Shown here: in pieces, positions 22,528 to 34,140 of the stretch
Numbering within the stretch: position 1 is the stretch's first letter
Layout of the letters: each line of letters starts with the position of its first letter
Assembly (NCBI GenBank): GCA_965215015.1
Contig: OZ244042.1
Location: forward strand, 4,672,001-4,736,000
From: Candidatus Poribacteria bacterium
GTDB taxonomy: Bacteria > Poribacteria > WGA-4E > PCPOR2b
Length of the DNA stretch: 64,000 nt
Direction: 5' to 3'
Notes under the pieces: model-generated
What the model was told of the DNA's origin: nothing
Databases searched by the model: none
The model's input: only the letters and a program-made list of their open reading frames with translations
Program-made: the position numbers and the translations under genes

Positions 22528-22944
22528 ATGTCCGATCAGTCTATCCCCCAACAAACTTGGAGAGTTCATCCATTGCGTGCAAATTGGAGGCGATCAACCT
22601 TGCTCCTCCACTTCCTCCTCCTCCTTTTTTTAGGCATCTATTGGCTTTTCCAGTCAGTTTTTGTTACCCTCCTTTCAGCAATCTTTGTGACCGGCTCTTT
22701 ATACCGCTATTTTGTTCCGTTCCGGTATGAGCTTCATGAACATCAGCTTATCGTCATGGCACCCTTTTATCGCCTAACAAAGTCTTGGTCTGACTTTCGC
22801 AGTTTCTATGTTGACAATAACGGTGTGTTGTTGAGTCCATTTGCCAAACCCTCTCGCCTTGAGAATTTTCGAGGGGTTTATGTCCGTTTTGACGCAAATC
22901 AATCTGAAGTGGTTAATTTCATTAAAAATAAAATTTCAACTTGA
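22528..22944 (+). CDS. Hypothetical membrane protein
   Basis: Two TM helices followed by a soluble domain (LLSPFAKPSRLENFRG). Confidence 0.7.
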   Translation: MSDQSIPQQTWRVHPLRANWRRSTLLLHFLLLLFLGIYWLFQSVFVTLLSAIFVTGSLYRYFVPFRYELHEHQLIVMAPFYRLTKSWSDFRSFYVDNNGVLLSPFAKPSRLENFRGVYVRFDANQSEVVNFIKNKIST

Positions 22945-23004
22945 CAGAAATCTTCAGAAGATTTGTCACTCTATTTAGGGGGGTGAAGTTGACTTTTAGA
23001 TTGA

Positions 23005-24294
<1,290 letters not shown>

Positions 24295-24340
24295 TATAGC
24301 GACTTTTATCTCATTCAAAATAGGAAGGAGAATTGGTGCA

Positions 24341-24907
24341 ATGCCTAGAAAATACTGGATTTTCGGAATGGCAATCTTTGCTACATTGATGTTTGTATTG
24401 CTCTGCTTAAATTACGCAGAAAGTCAAAGCGATTTAGTCAAACGCGGAAAATACCTCGTTGACGCGGTTGGGGCTTGCGGTCAGTGCCACACGCCGCGCA
24501 AAGGTGCAGAGATGGATATGAACATGTACCTCGCGGGCCATCCTGCGAATGCGCCATACCCCAAATACGACATGAGCATGATGCAACGTGGAATTTTTAT
24601 GGTCACTGCCCCGACTCTTGCTGCGTTTTCGATGCCTTTTGGAACAACATTTGCCGCAAACCTAACGCCTGATAAAGAGACGGGACTCGGTGAATGGACG
24701 GAAAAAATGTTCGTTGATACGATGCGAACGGGACACCATCAAGGCGATACCAGCAATCGAAAACTTCTCCCACCGATGCCGATTAAGAATGCTTACGCAA
24801 ATATGAGCGATGAAGATCTTAAGGCGATGTGGGCTTACCTGAAATCTATCAAGCCCGTCAAGAACACAGTACCATCAGCTCTCAATCGTATGGGTAGGCC
24901 TTTTTAG
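24341..24907 (+). CDS. Secreted c-type cytochrome
   Basis: Signal peptide, RGKYLV..CGQCHTPR heme motif, NLTPDKETGLG.W, PPMP. Confidence 0.88.
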   Translation: MPRKYWIFGMAIFATLMFVLLCLNYAESQSDLVKRGKYLVDAVGACGQCHTPRKGAEMDMNMYLAGHPANAPYPKYDMSMMQRGIFMVTAPTLAAFSMPFGTTFAANLTPDKETGLGEWTEKMFVDTMRTGHHQGDTSNRKLLPPMPIKNAYANMSDEDLKAMWAYLKSIKPVKNTVPSALNRMGRPF

Positions 24908-25004
24908 GATTAGGTACAAACACCTTACCATCGAGAATTAGCTCATAGAAGAGGAAAGTGCAAAACGCGAGGAGAACCGTAGGGGGGCTCTGCCCGCGCT
25001 TGCC

Positions 25005-25043
25005 AAAACTCGGGTTCTATTGCACGATTTCTTAACATGAACC
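25005..25043 (+). repeat. About 40-bp dispersed repeat, copy 2, flanked by GTAG/CTAC REP-like palindromes
   Basis: aaaactcgggttctattgcacgatttcttaacatgaacc; adjacent hairpin gtaaggaacgca...tgcgttccctac. Confidence 0.6.
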
Positions 25044-25130
25044 TGGGAATTTAGTAAGGAACGCAAATCTGCGTTCCCTACGTTTGCCGAACAATCGTTT
25101 TTTACCAAGGTGGTTACTCAAGTAATACCT

Positions 25131-26486
25131 ATGAAAGATTTAATTATCATTGGCGGTGGGTTAGCCGGCAGCGAAGCGGCATGGCAAGCGGCTGAACGCG
25201 GTATCCAAGTATATCTTTACGAAATGCGTCCATTTACCGCAACAGGTGCACACCTCACCCCTAATCTTGCAGAATTAGTCTGCTCCAACTCGCTTGGATC
25301 TGATCTTCCAGACCGCGCCTCCGGCGTTCTCAAGGCAGAACTGCGCCGACTGGGGTCAATACTGCTGGAGTGTGCCTATAAAACGGCGTTGCCTGCGGGG
25401 AGTGCACTGGCGGTAGATCGTGAGGCTTTCTCTCATCTCGTAACGACGCGGATCTCAGACCACCCTAAGATTGAAGTGGTGCGCAAAGAGGTTACCACCC
25501 TCCCTGACGAACCTACCATCATTGCCTCCGGTCCACTAACCTCGCCCAGTCTCTCAGATGCCATTGCTGCCTTGAGTGGGCAGAAACACCTGTACTTCTT
25601 TGATGCCATTGCGCCGATTGTGAGCCTAGAGTCAATTAACCTAGAGGTTGCTTTCCGCGCTTCACGTTATGGGCACGGCGAACAGGTAGAGGGTGATTAT
25701 ATCAATTGTCCGATGAACCGCGATGAATACGAGGCCTTCGTCGCTGCGTTAATCGGTGCCGAGCGCATTAAGTTGGAATCCTTCGAGCAGGAGTTAGAAC
25801 AGGGTGTCAGGGCAGGTTGGCATCAATTCTTTGAAGGATGTTTGCCTGTTGAAATTATAGCGCGACGTGGGTATGAGAGCCTTGCTTTCGGTCCGATGCG
25901 TCCGGTGGGGTTGACCGCCCCGCGCACGGGGCAGCGTCCTTACGCAGTAGTACAACTACGCCAAGACAACCTTGCCGGTACGCTCTTTAATATGGTCGGC
26001 TTCCAAACGAACCTGAAGTTTCCTGAACAGAAGCGGGTTTTTCGTATGATTCCTGGGCTTGAAAAGGCTGATTTCGTGCGCTATGGACAGATGCACCGCA
26101 ACACCTTTATTGATGCACCGACGCTGTTATATCCCACGCTTCAGTTCCGTGGGCGCGATAATCTCTTTTTTGCAGGTCAAATCACGGGCGTTGAAAGCTA
26201 CATGGGTAACATCGCAACAGGCTTGCTCGCTGGTTGGAACGCCACACGCCTGCTACATGGTCAATCCCCATTATCTCTGCCAACCACCACAATCCTCGGT
26301 GCGCTTTGCTACTACGTGACCCACGCCAGCCCGGCTGATTTTCAACCGATGAAGGCGAATTTCGGTATCCTACCTCCGTTGGACACAATCAAACGGCTTA
26401 ACAAACGGAAACGCGCTGCCGCTTATGCAGGACGAGCACTGAGGGACCTGGAGGCTTTTCTGTTAGAGATTGATGATGCGATTTAA
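25131..26486 (+). CDS. trmFO: Folate-dependent tRNA (uracil-5) methyltransferase TrmFO/Gid
   Basis: [53 protein letters not shown]. Confidence 0.96.
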   Translation: MKDLIIIGGGLAGSEAAWQAAERGIQVYLYEMRPFTATGAHLTPNLAELVCSNSLGSDLPDRASGVLKAELRRLGSILLECAYKTALPAGSALAVDREAFSHLVTTRISDHPKIEVVRKEVTTLPDEPTIIASGPLTSPSLSDAIAALSGQKHLYFFDAIAPIVSLESINLEVAFRASRYGHGEQVEGDYINCPMNRDEYEAFVAALIGAERIKLESFEQELEQGVRAGWHQFFEGCLPVEIIARRGYESLAFGPMRPVGLTAPRTGQRPYAVVQLRQDNLAGTLFNMVGFQTNLKFPEQKRVFRMIPGLEKADFVRYGQMHRNTFIDAPTLLYPTLQFRGRDNLFFAGQITGVESYMGNIATGLLAGWNATRLLHGQSPLSLPTTTILGALCYYVTHASPADFQPMKANFGILPPLDTIKRLNKRKRAAAYAGRALRDLEAFLLEIDDAI

Positions 26487-26554
26487 CAAGAATCTGCCTG
26501 AACCTTTACGGTAGACTATTGTTAAATATGTGGTGTTTGAGGATATGTTCCTGC

Positions 26555-26815
26555 CTCTTACCGGGCGGCCGGGAGTGTGAGTGACAGAATATCTGTGAGG
26601 GGATTCATTTGCTGACTCATTAGTGTTGGGAGACATAAAGGTAATCAGTGGATCCCCTGCTTGTCAAGTCATTACTCCACACTTTATGAGGAGGGCTACC
26701 ACACACTGCCGAGTGATACACTTAGTATTTGATGAGTCACCGAGGATACCAGGACTATTGCGCCATAATCCTGGTTTCACCCACCCGGACAGTCGCGCAG
26801 CAGTGTTTGGCCTTT
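26555..26815 (+). ncRNA. Candidate pseudoknotted structured RNA (about 260 nt)
   Basis: Several nested and crossing complementary segments in an intergenic region without a credible ORF; see findings. Confidence 0.5.
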
Positions 26816-26820
26816 GAACC

Positions 26821-26839
26821 TTCAACCGCGTAAGTCCTA
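26821..26839 (-). mobile_element. Solo MITE terminus
   Basis: ttcaaccgcgtaagtccta is the reverse complement of TAGGACTTACGCGGTTGAA, the left end of the MITE family. Confidence 0.6.
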
Positions 26840-26912
26840 TCCTAGTAAACAAAAAAAACTTATCATTACTCATTACACACTGTTTTTTGCACAGGCAGAA
26901 CAGGAGCAATCT

Positions 26913-27593
26913 ATGGAACGTTTGGATGTACTTCATCCGTCGATTGACGAATACCTGATTGACATTATCCCGGCACGCGACGAGGTGTTAACGGAGATGG
27001 AGGCATACGCACGGGAACGCCGTTTCCCGATTGTGGGACCGCTCGTTGGCCGCGTCTTACATCAATTGGTGCTGTTGACTAATCCGACGCGAATCTTCGA
27101 GATGGGATCAGGCTTCGGCTATTCGGCATACTGGATGGCAAAGGCATTGCGACAACCGGAAGCGCGCATCATCTGTACCGATGGCTCGCAGGAGAATGCT
27201 GACCGTGCGGCAGGTTATCTGGCGCGCGGGGGCATCGCAGATCGAATTGATTATCGCGTTGGGAACGCGCTCGAAATCATCGACGAAACAGAAGGAGACT
27301 TTGACATTATCTACAACGACATAGACAAAGATGGTTATCCCGAAGCATTTCGCAAGGCAATTCCGCGGCTCAGGAGTGGTGGGTTGTTTATCACAGACAA
27401 CATGCTATGGCTGGGGCGTGTTGTCACATACGATACCGATGCTGACATGCGAGGACTTGATGAAGAGGAACAATGGGTGCACAAGACCACAGTCGGGGTC
27501 AAAGAGTTGACACAGCTGCTTTACAGTTCCCCTGATGTGTTTACAACAATTATCCCACTTCGCGATGGGATTTCGGTCGCAATAAAACGCTAG
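26913..27593 (+). CDS. SAM-dependent O-methyltransferase (caffeoyl-CoA OMT/Methyltransf_3 family)
   Basis: FEMGSGFGYS, DIDK, GGLFITDN; AGGAG RBS before ATG 26913. Confidence 0.88.
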   Translation: MERLDVLHPSIDEYLIDIIPARDEVLTEMEAYARERRFPIVGPLVGRVLHQLVLLTNPTRIFEMGSGFGYSAYWMAKALRQPEARIICTDGSQENADRAAGYLARGGIADRIDYRVGNALEIIDETEGDFDIIYNDIDKDGYPEAFRKAIPRLRSGGLFITDNMLWLGRVVTYDTDADMRGLDEEEQWVHKTTVGVKELTQLLYSSPDVFTTIIPLRDGISVAIKR

Positions 27594-27687
27594 TACACCA
27601 ACCGCGTTAAAGGTGTGCAGGTCGAAGCCTCTCAGAGCAAAATTGGGTCAAACAGGAACCGTAAAACCCAACTCAATCTTAATGAAC

Positions 27688-27812
27688 TGAGAACTTACGT
27701 AGTTGAATGCTCCATGCCTTGTAGTTCGGTCATCGCCGGCGCACACAACCCCTGATGCCCGATGAATCGGGCAACTACAGCAGAGACTCCCTACAGAAGT
27801 GCGTAACTCCTA
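27688..27812 (+). mobile_element. MITE copy 1 (125 bp)
   Basis: Ends tgagaacttacgtagttgaatg...tgcgtaactccta, flanked by direct repeat TGAAC (27683-27687, 27813-27817). Confidence 0.65.
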
Positions 27813-27868
27813 TGAACTAATGAACCAACATAGCCCCATCGAAAAGAAAGGGACAGCAAAATTCGGTA

Positions 27869-28462
27869 CTACTTTGACGCCAAATGATAAACTTCGATTT
27901 CGCGGACTTGCGCCCACGCTGGTTGGATAACACGGAAGTGTGGATAATACGCTCCGGCAAGTGTGGTCCTTCGATCGACGACCTTGTCACCGGGCGATAA
28001 CGTCACCTTCGTTACAACGTTATCATCAACCGTACGTGAAACGTTAATGCGAATAGTATTTGTCCGGCAATTTAACCGATCAATGACAACTTCCAACGGT
28101 GCACGCCCCTCGCCAATATTCCGCAGCTGACGGACAGAGTGGACCGTTTTCCACTCAAAGTCATTAAGATCCCAATAGTCCACGTGAAACCAAAACAGGT
28201 TGACGTTATGGATAATAATCTTCCTAACGGGTTTAACCTCCGGGAACCGTAACGTAAAGATCCGTTCATTTTTCGCCTCCACCGCCGCAATCGTGTCTAG
28301 TCTGCCATCGTTGAGTGCTGGATGGTTCGCCTTTGATCCATAGATTGCCAAGGCAAAGTTCTCACTCCATGAGTTTGATAACAGAGAAGACCAAACACAA
28401 CCAGATAGACTGACACAAGCGAATAACAGCAGGAAAATTCCAAAGTGTTTTAGGGCTTTCAT
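27869..28462 (-). CDS. Putative lipoprotein with discoidin-like beta-sandwich
   Basis: MKALKH-hydrophobic-LSGC lipobox; LNDG...VRKIIIHN...VREIEVY pattern. Confidence 0.65.
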   Translation of the reverse strand: MKALKHFGIFLLLFACVSLSGCVWSSLLSNSWSENFALAIYGSKANHPALNDGRLDTIAAVEAKNERIFTLRFPEVKPVRKIIIHNVNLFWFHVDYWDLNDFEWKTVHSVRQLRNIGEGRAPLEVVIDRLNCRTNTIRINVSRTVDDNVVTKVTLSPGDKVVDRRTTLAGAYYPHFRVIQPAWAQVREIEVYHLASK

Positions 28463-28578
28463 CTTTCTACCTCGCATCTTTTTCATACAGCCGCGCTCAT
28501 TAACAAACCCACCCCGTAGGCGGAGCATCTTTCTCCGCCCCGCTACGTCATCGGGGATGACTTTTCAAACAACCACCA

Positions 28579-29319
28579 TTATCGAACATAAGGACGAATT
28601 CTATACACCTCATGTTTAGCGCGAAACCAAGTCCGCTGGAATTTTCCGATAAGAAGCATCCCCACGCCAAATCCACCGACATGCGCCGCCCAAGCGATAG
28701 ACGCCCCTTGAAAGGAAAAATAGACATTGATTAACTGGATGGCGATCCAAGGTAGGAGCAGAACAATCGCGGGTACGGAGATAATATAGATAAGGAGAAG
28801 GCATCGGACACGCGCCTTGGGACAGGCGATAAAGTGTGCTCCCATGACGCCGGCGATTGCACCGCTTGCACCAATCAGAGGCAAATTAGAATTGGAATAA
28901 ATTACCACGTAACAGAGCGTTGCCAACACCCCGCATAACAGGTAAAACAGGAGAAATTTCAGACTCCCAATCATATTTTCAAGAGTCGGACCAAAGGCAG
29001 AAAGATAAAGCATGTTACCAATGAGGTGGATAAATCCCCCTTGTAAAATGTGGACATCGTGTAAAAATAAGGAGGTGAGGAGTGTCTTATCGAAAAGGTT
29101 CGGCAATGGTGGTAAAAATGAATAACGACGGACAATCTGGCTGGGAATCGCCCCAGATGCGTATGCCAATGACACCCCTTGATAGAGTGCGTAAAGCTGA
29201 TATGCAAAAACCAAGATATTTATAACGATTAAAAATTGTACAGCACGCGGCTTGAAAGATTTCTGCGCCGATGGCGCGCTCGGCAGTGGAATAAACAAGG
29301 TGTCGTGTCCTTTCGGCAA
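28579..29319 (-). CDS. Rhomboid family intramembrane serine protease
   Basis: HLIGNM, GASGAIAG, AHVGG. Confidence 0.93.
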   Translation of the reverse strand: MPKGHDTLFIPLPSAPSAQKSFKPRAVQFLIVINILVFAYQLYALYQGVSLAYASGAIPSQIVRRYSFLPPLPNLFDKTLLTSLFLHDVHILQGGFIHLIGNMLYLSAFGPTLENMIGSLKFLLFYLLCGVLATLCYVVIYSNSNLPLIGASGAIAGVMGAHFIACPKARVRCLLLIYIISVPAIVLLLPWIAIQLINVYFSFQGASIAWAAHVGGFGVGMLLIGKFQRTWFRAKHEVYRIRPYVR

Positions 29320-29383
29320 GTGGGTAGATAAGCAAACCTACGATCACGTCACACATTAATTACGATACACGCCACTTTATGTT

Positions 29384-29665
29384 TCACGTTTCGCTCGACA
29401 CATCAAACCGATCAATAATTCCCATAACCAGCTCTCTTATGGGAGCCGTTTCAATATCAAATACCTCCTGGGCAACGCCCGGACCTGCCCCAACAAGCAC
29501 GATATCGTTCTCTCCTGCACCCACGTAGTCAACAGCGATTGTCGGCGTTCGCACCAGTTTCGATTTCAAACTCAGCGGCTGAACCAGCAAAAGCGTACGA
29601 TTTTCATAGGCAGGGTGCTTAATGACTGAGACCACTTTACCAACGACCTTTGCGATGTACATCAC
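29384..29665 (-). CDS. EutN/CcmL bacterial microcompartment vertex protein
   Basis: AKVVGKVVS.K, AVDYVGAG, GIID. Confidence 0.9.
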   Translation of the reverse strand: MMYIAKVVGKVVSVIKHPAYENRTLLLVQPLSLKSKLVRTPTIAVDYVGAGENDIVLVGAGPGVAQEVFDIETAPIRELVMGIIDRFDVSSET

Positions 29666-29946
29666 TCCTCCGCTTCCTCGGTTACAGTGATTGAATCAAC
29701 AATCCCAACCACAGCAACATCGACGGGCATTGCACGTTCCGCTGATACAAATGCAGCGTCTCCTCCGGTGACCATATAGACCAGTTCGCCATATCCAGCC
29801 GCACCTTGTATATCAACAGCGGTAACCGGATCACCGACGGGCCGCTCCGCCGTGTTAAGAGGCTGTACCACCAGAAGCCGGTAGCCGACTAAACTCGAAT
29901 CTTTTCGAGTAGCAACAATCGTTCCGATAACTTTTCCAATATCCAT
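29662..29946 (-). CDS. EutN/CcmL bacterial microcompartment vertex protein
   Basis: GKVIGTIVATRK, AVD..AAG.GE.V, PVDVAVVGIVD. Confidence 0.92.
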   Translation of the reverse strand: MDIGKVIGTIVATRKDSSLVGYRLLVVQPLNTAERPVGDPVTAVDIQGAAGYGELVYMVTGGDAAFVSAERAMPVDVAVVGIVDSITVTEEAEE

Positions 29947-29969
29947 AGCGCATTAAAACGTCCGTTCAC

Positions 29970-31424
29970 CTAAAGCTTTTGAATCCCATACTCCTCCATC
30001 TTAGAATGGAGTGTATTTCGATTGATTCCGAGGATTTCGGCGGCTTTCCTGCGATTCCAGCCGGTGTGCCGGAGAATAAACTCAAAGAGCGGTTTTTCAA
30101 CGGCGATGCGAATCTCTGCGTGAAGTGATCCGGAGGCTGCTCCCGATTCGATAAATTCATCCACACGCTCCGACATAAGGGTGGCAAGACGGCTCTCGAA
30201 ACCTGTCGGTGCACTTGCAACAGAGGAGGTTGAGTTCCCAGAAAGTTCCGGGAAGTGTTCTGGAAGAAGTACCTGACCGGCACACATTACGAGTGCTCTC
30301 TTCAGGGCGTTTTCAAGTTCGCGGACGTTTCCGGGCCAATCATAAACCATCAGCAGTTTGAACGCTTCGGGTGAAATTGTCCCTTTCGGCCGATCGTAAT
30401 CTTGAGCAAAACGGGATATAAAAAAATCTACAAGATCGGGAATATCCTCTTTCCGTTCACGCAATGGAGGTAAAAAAATTGGCACCACATTGAGCCGATA
30501 GAATAAATCTTCCCGAAAGGCACCCGCTTGGATTGCCAAATCAAGACGTCGATTGGTAGCAGCAACCACCCGTACATCAATCTTGCGTATCTGATTGGAT
30601 CCAATCGGTTCAACTTCCCGTTCCTGGAGGACACGCAATAGCTTCATCTGCACCTCTATCGGTAATTCACCTACCTCATCCAGAAAAATCGTTCCCCCAT
30701 CTGCCTGTTCAAATTTCCCCTGACGTGCCGTGTCGGCTCCTGTATACGCCCCTTTAACATGCCCAAAGAGTGCACTTTCGATGAGGTCTGAGGGAATCGC
30801 GCTACAATCCACCACCACAAATGCCTTATTCGCCCTTCTACTATTTTGGTGAATTGCTTTGGCAATTGATTCTTTACCGGTGCCACTCTCTCCCATAATC
30901 AGCACTGTTTCCTCGCTGATTGCCGCCCGTCCGATGGTCAGGTAGATTACGTGCATTGCATCGCTCTCCCCAACAATCTGCGTGCCCACATCATCCTTGC
31001 TTTGTGGCGTGATAGTACCCTCTGACGGTGAATCTCCTGCCATCGCTGCTTTCGCTTGATCAGCGGCATACACCGAACGAGATACCAAAGATACAATCTC
31101 TTTGAGATCAAAAGGCTTGGTCACATAGTCATAAGCCTGCCGTTTTGCAGCTTCAATCGCAGTTTGCGTTGTGCCGTGGGCGGTAATAATAATAATTGAC
31201 GCAGCTTTATTAATCTCCCGCAGCTCTTCAATCAGATCTAACCCGTTGACATCAGGCATAAAGATATCGAGAAAAATTGTATCGATCGCTTCTGAGCGGA
31301 GGAGATCAACCGTTTCTTTACCGTTTCGAGCGGAGAATGTGCGATACCCTTCCATCTGAAGGGCTTTCTCCAACACAAAGCGGATGCTATCGTCGTCGTC
31401 AGCGATAAGAATTGCGTGTGTCAT
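29970..31424 (-). CDS. Sigma-54-dependent response regulator (NtrC family)
   Basis: Receiver domain, GESGTGKE, GAYTGA variant of GAFTGA, WPGNVRELEN, Fis-type HTH. Confidence 0.95.
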   Translation of the reverse strand: MTHAILIADDDDSIRFVLEKALQMEGYRTFSARNGKETVDLLRSEAIDTIFLDIFMPDVNGLDLIEELREINKAASIIIITAHGTTQTAIEAAKRQAYDYVTKPFDLKEIVSLVSRSVYAADQAKAAMAGDSPSEGTITPQSKDDVGTQIVGESDAMHVIYLTIGRAAISEETVLIMGESGTGKESIAKAIHQNSRRANKAFVVVDCSAIPSDLIESALFGHVKGAYTGADTARQGKFEQADGGTIFLDEVGELPIEVQMKLLRVLQEREVEPIGSNQIRKIDVRVVAATNRRLDLAIQAGAFREDLFYRLNVVPIFLPPLRERKEDIPDLVDFFISRFAQDYDRPKGTISPEAFKLLMVYDWPGNVRELENALKRALVMCAGQVLLPEHFPELSGNSTSSVASAPTGFESRLATLMSERVDEFIESGAASGSLHAEIRIAVEKPLFEFILRHTGWNRRKAAEILGINRNTLHSKMEEYGIQKL

Positions 31425-31486
31425 AGAGACCTAATGATAGTTATCTGAACCGAGATTAGCAACTATAAAAGCAGCATCAATACTAA

Positions 31487-31648
31487 TAGGACTTACGCAG
31501 TTGAATGCTTAAAACCCTGTAGTTCGATGATTCATCGCTACAGAACACAATTTCCAATGCCCGGTGAATCGGGGGGCTACAGCGGGGGCACCAAAGGATT
31601 CCGTAGGGAACAACGATCGCCATTCCCTACGGAAATGAGTAATTCCTA
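31487..31648 (+). mobile_element. MITE copy 2 (162 bp)
   Basis: taggacttacgcagttgaatg...tgagtaattccta, flanked by direct repeat ACTAA (31482-31486, 31649-31653). Confidence 0.75.
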
Positions 31649-31827
31649 ACTAAGTCAGGGGGCTTATAAATAGGGTTTTTGATGCGTATACTGCTCAACG
31701 CTTCTCAATACGTAGGGGTGGATTTCCCAACCCGTCGGCTTGGAAACCAAGCCCTTACGATTGACCCAGGCACCCTCGCTTGAATTCCGCTATAATGTGT
31801 TTCAAATTATGTACACCCTTAATTTGC

Positions 31828-33360
31828 TCAAACCGGCAACGTAACAATAAACGTTGCCCCCTGAGTCTCTGCTACATCAACCTCAATGGTGCCGCCGTGC
31901 TCCTCAACGATTTGCTGGCTAATCGCCAACCCCAACCCTGTTCCTTTCTGTTTCGTTGTGTAAAACGGATCGAATAGGCGCGAAGCAGCATCTAGCCGTA
32001 CACCACGTCCGGTATCCTTGATATAAATTTGAATAACCTGAATCGTAGAATCATAGGTGGTCTGAATCGTCAGGACACCCCCACCTTCCATCGATTCAAT
32101 TGCATTACGAAATAGATTCAGCAATACCTGCGTTATTCCGTCATCATTCACGAAAACCAGTGGACAATCATCAGCAAAACGTTTCTCAACACGGATATTG
32201 TCCCGATCCAACTCCGGCTGACAGATCGAGAGGCTATTGTCGATCAAATCGCCAATGTTGCTCGGCTTGACACCGGCGGTACGTGGGTTGCCGGATACAA
32301 GTAGCTGCTCAACCACACGATTCAATCGATCCACCTCCTTGATAATGACTTGAATGTACTCTTGAATCTCTGAATTCGATTCGCCCTCTAGTTGGAGCAA
32401 CTGCGCTGCACCACGGATCCCGCCAAGTGGATTTCTCACCTCGTGAGCGACAGTGGTCGCAAGCTTTCCGAGCGTGGCGAGACGTTCAGATTGCACAAGC
32501 GAATCAATCATCTGCTGAATCTTAACACGCTGTGCCACAATCGCAGCAATAATCGTCAAGATACGAATATCGTCATCAATCGAAAACTCGTCCGAGGCCT
32601 TATCTATCGTCAGTGTGCCAATTACCTGTTCATCAACTACCACCGGAACGCACCAGAAAGCTATCGAATCTTTAGACTGTACCGATTTCGCATCTGGAAA
32701 CTCCATCTGCTGGAGGGGGGTGCGACTATGTGGCACACCAATCGGCTGCCCAGATTGGAGCACCTGTTGCTGGATGAGGTCAATTTGACTGTCTGTTCCA
32801 CGCCGGAGCTCCGCCTCTGTCAATCCAAAAACCGCCTCGACCTCTTTGACGGGTTCACCATCTTTCCAAATTCTCAGCGCGCCACGGTACACTCCCATCT
32901 GGTTAGCAAGGGTTTTGATAATCATTTGGAACAGTTCATCTAATTCTAGAGCGGTGTTTGCTGTATCACCTATTTCAAAAAGTGTAGACAGATCGCGCAC
33001 CCGTTTTTCAAGGTCGGTGTTGGCTCGATCTATCTGTTCAAGCTGCATCTCAGTGGTGGAGCGTTGTGCCTTGAAAAGCTGGATAGTGCGGACAATGAAA
33101 TACGCAATGATAGGATATAAAATTGCAACCACACCCAAATGGATCTGCTCATAGTAAAGTCCGGCATGTATCCAATTGGCTAATGTCGTGCACCCAAGCA
33201 ACAGATACTGTCCCCGACGATTGTCGTATATTCCCGCGAGAATGATGATTCCATAGTATAGATGCGAGACAACACCGTAGTTCTGCGGGCTATCCAAGCC
33301 GTAAACAAACAGATTAATCAGTAGAACGACAAATATCAGGAAGAAAGTTAGCATGAGCAA
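31828..33360 (-). CDS. Membrane-bound GAF-domain sensor histidine kinase (NtrB-like)
   Basis: N-terminal TMs, GAF-like region, AHEVRNPLGGI H-box, NLFRNA, DTGRG, GTGLGL. Confidence 0.93.
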   Translation of the reverse strand: MLMLTFFLIFVVLLINLFVYGLDSPQNYGVVSHLYYGIIILAGIYDNRRGQYLLLGCTTLANWIHAGLYYEQIHLGVVAILYPIIAYFIVRTIQLFKAQRSTTEMQLEQIDRANTDLEKRVRDLSTLFEIGDTANTALELDELFQMIIKTLANQMGVYRGALRIWKDGEPVKEVEAVFGLTEAELRRGTDSQIDLIQQQVLQSGQPIGVPHSRTPLQQMEFPDAKSVQSKDSIAFWCVPVVVDEQVIGTLTIDKASDEFSIDDDIRILTIIAAIVAQRVKIQQMIDSLVQSERLATLGKLATTVAHEVRNPLGGIRGAAQLLQLEGESNSEIQEYIQVIIKEVDRLNRVVEQLLVSGNPRTAGVKPSNIGDLIDNSLSICQPELDRDNIRVEKRFADDCPLVFVNDDGITQVLLNLFRNAIESMEGGGVLTIQTTYDSTIQVIQIYIKDTGRGVRLDAASRLFDPFYTTKQKGTGLGLAISQQIVEEHGGTIEVDVAETQGATFIVTLPV

Positions 33361-33426
33361 TTCACAGGTTCAAAAGTTACTTCCGATGACGCATCGAAGA
33401 CTCAAAAGCTTGGATAGCCAAAACTC

Positions 33427-34035
33427 TTACTGTCCATTTCGCAAGAAATTATCAAGCATCTTGAGCCCGATTCGACCACTTTTCTCCAAATGGAACTGCG
33501 TAGCGACCAAGTTCTGATGGGCAACGACACTCGAAAATTCAACGCCGTAAGTAGTCTTACCGACAATGTATGAATCCTCCTGTGGGATTGGATAGTACGA
33601 ATTGACAAAATAGAAATGGGCAGGATTCGGAACATCTTGAAAAATTGGGTGCGCCTGCGTTTGATACACCTCATTCCAGCCAATCTGCGGCACTTTTTGG
33701 GTTGACGTCGCTTCATACTTTTTGACAACGCCGGGCAGGATGCCGAGGCAATTGGTATCCTCTTCTTCGCTGTGCTCAAACAGAATCTGGATACCGATAC
33801 AGATTCCCAACATCGGCTTACCCGATTTGTAAACCTCCCATAAAACCTCCGCAAGCCCAGCATCGTTCAGGTTAGCCATGGTTGCCCGCGCTGCGCCGAC
33901 GCCGGGAAAGATAAGTTTCTCTGCACTCAAAATGGTCCGGGCATCGGCCGTAATTTTTCCATCGTAGTCTAAGTATCTGACGGCGCGTTCAACGCTCGTT
34001 AAGTTGCCCGCGCCGTAGTCGATGATTGCAATCAT
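33427..34035 (-). CDS. hisH: Imidazole glycerol phosphate synthase amidotransferase subunit
   Basis: IIDYGAGNL, PGVG, GICIG, VPQIGWN, QFHLEKSG. Confidence 0.95.
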   Translation of the reverse strand: MIAIIDYGAGNLTSVERAVRYLDYDGKITADARTILSAEKLIFPGVGAARATMANLNDAGLAEVLWEVYKSGKPMLGICIGIQILFEHSEEEDTNCLGILPGVVKKYEATSTQKVPQIGWNEVYQTQAHPIFQDVPNPAHFYFVNSYYPIPQEDSYIVGKTTYGVEFSSVVAHQNLVATQFHLEKSGRIGLKMLDNFLRNGQ

Positions 34036-34140
34036 TGAAGACTCATGTTGATAAAAGATTCATTTGAAAAGTTAAGAAGGGACCATTGAAATGATGTTGC
34101 AGGGTAAAAATCTTAATCTGTGAAAATAGGTTTGAGACAT

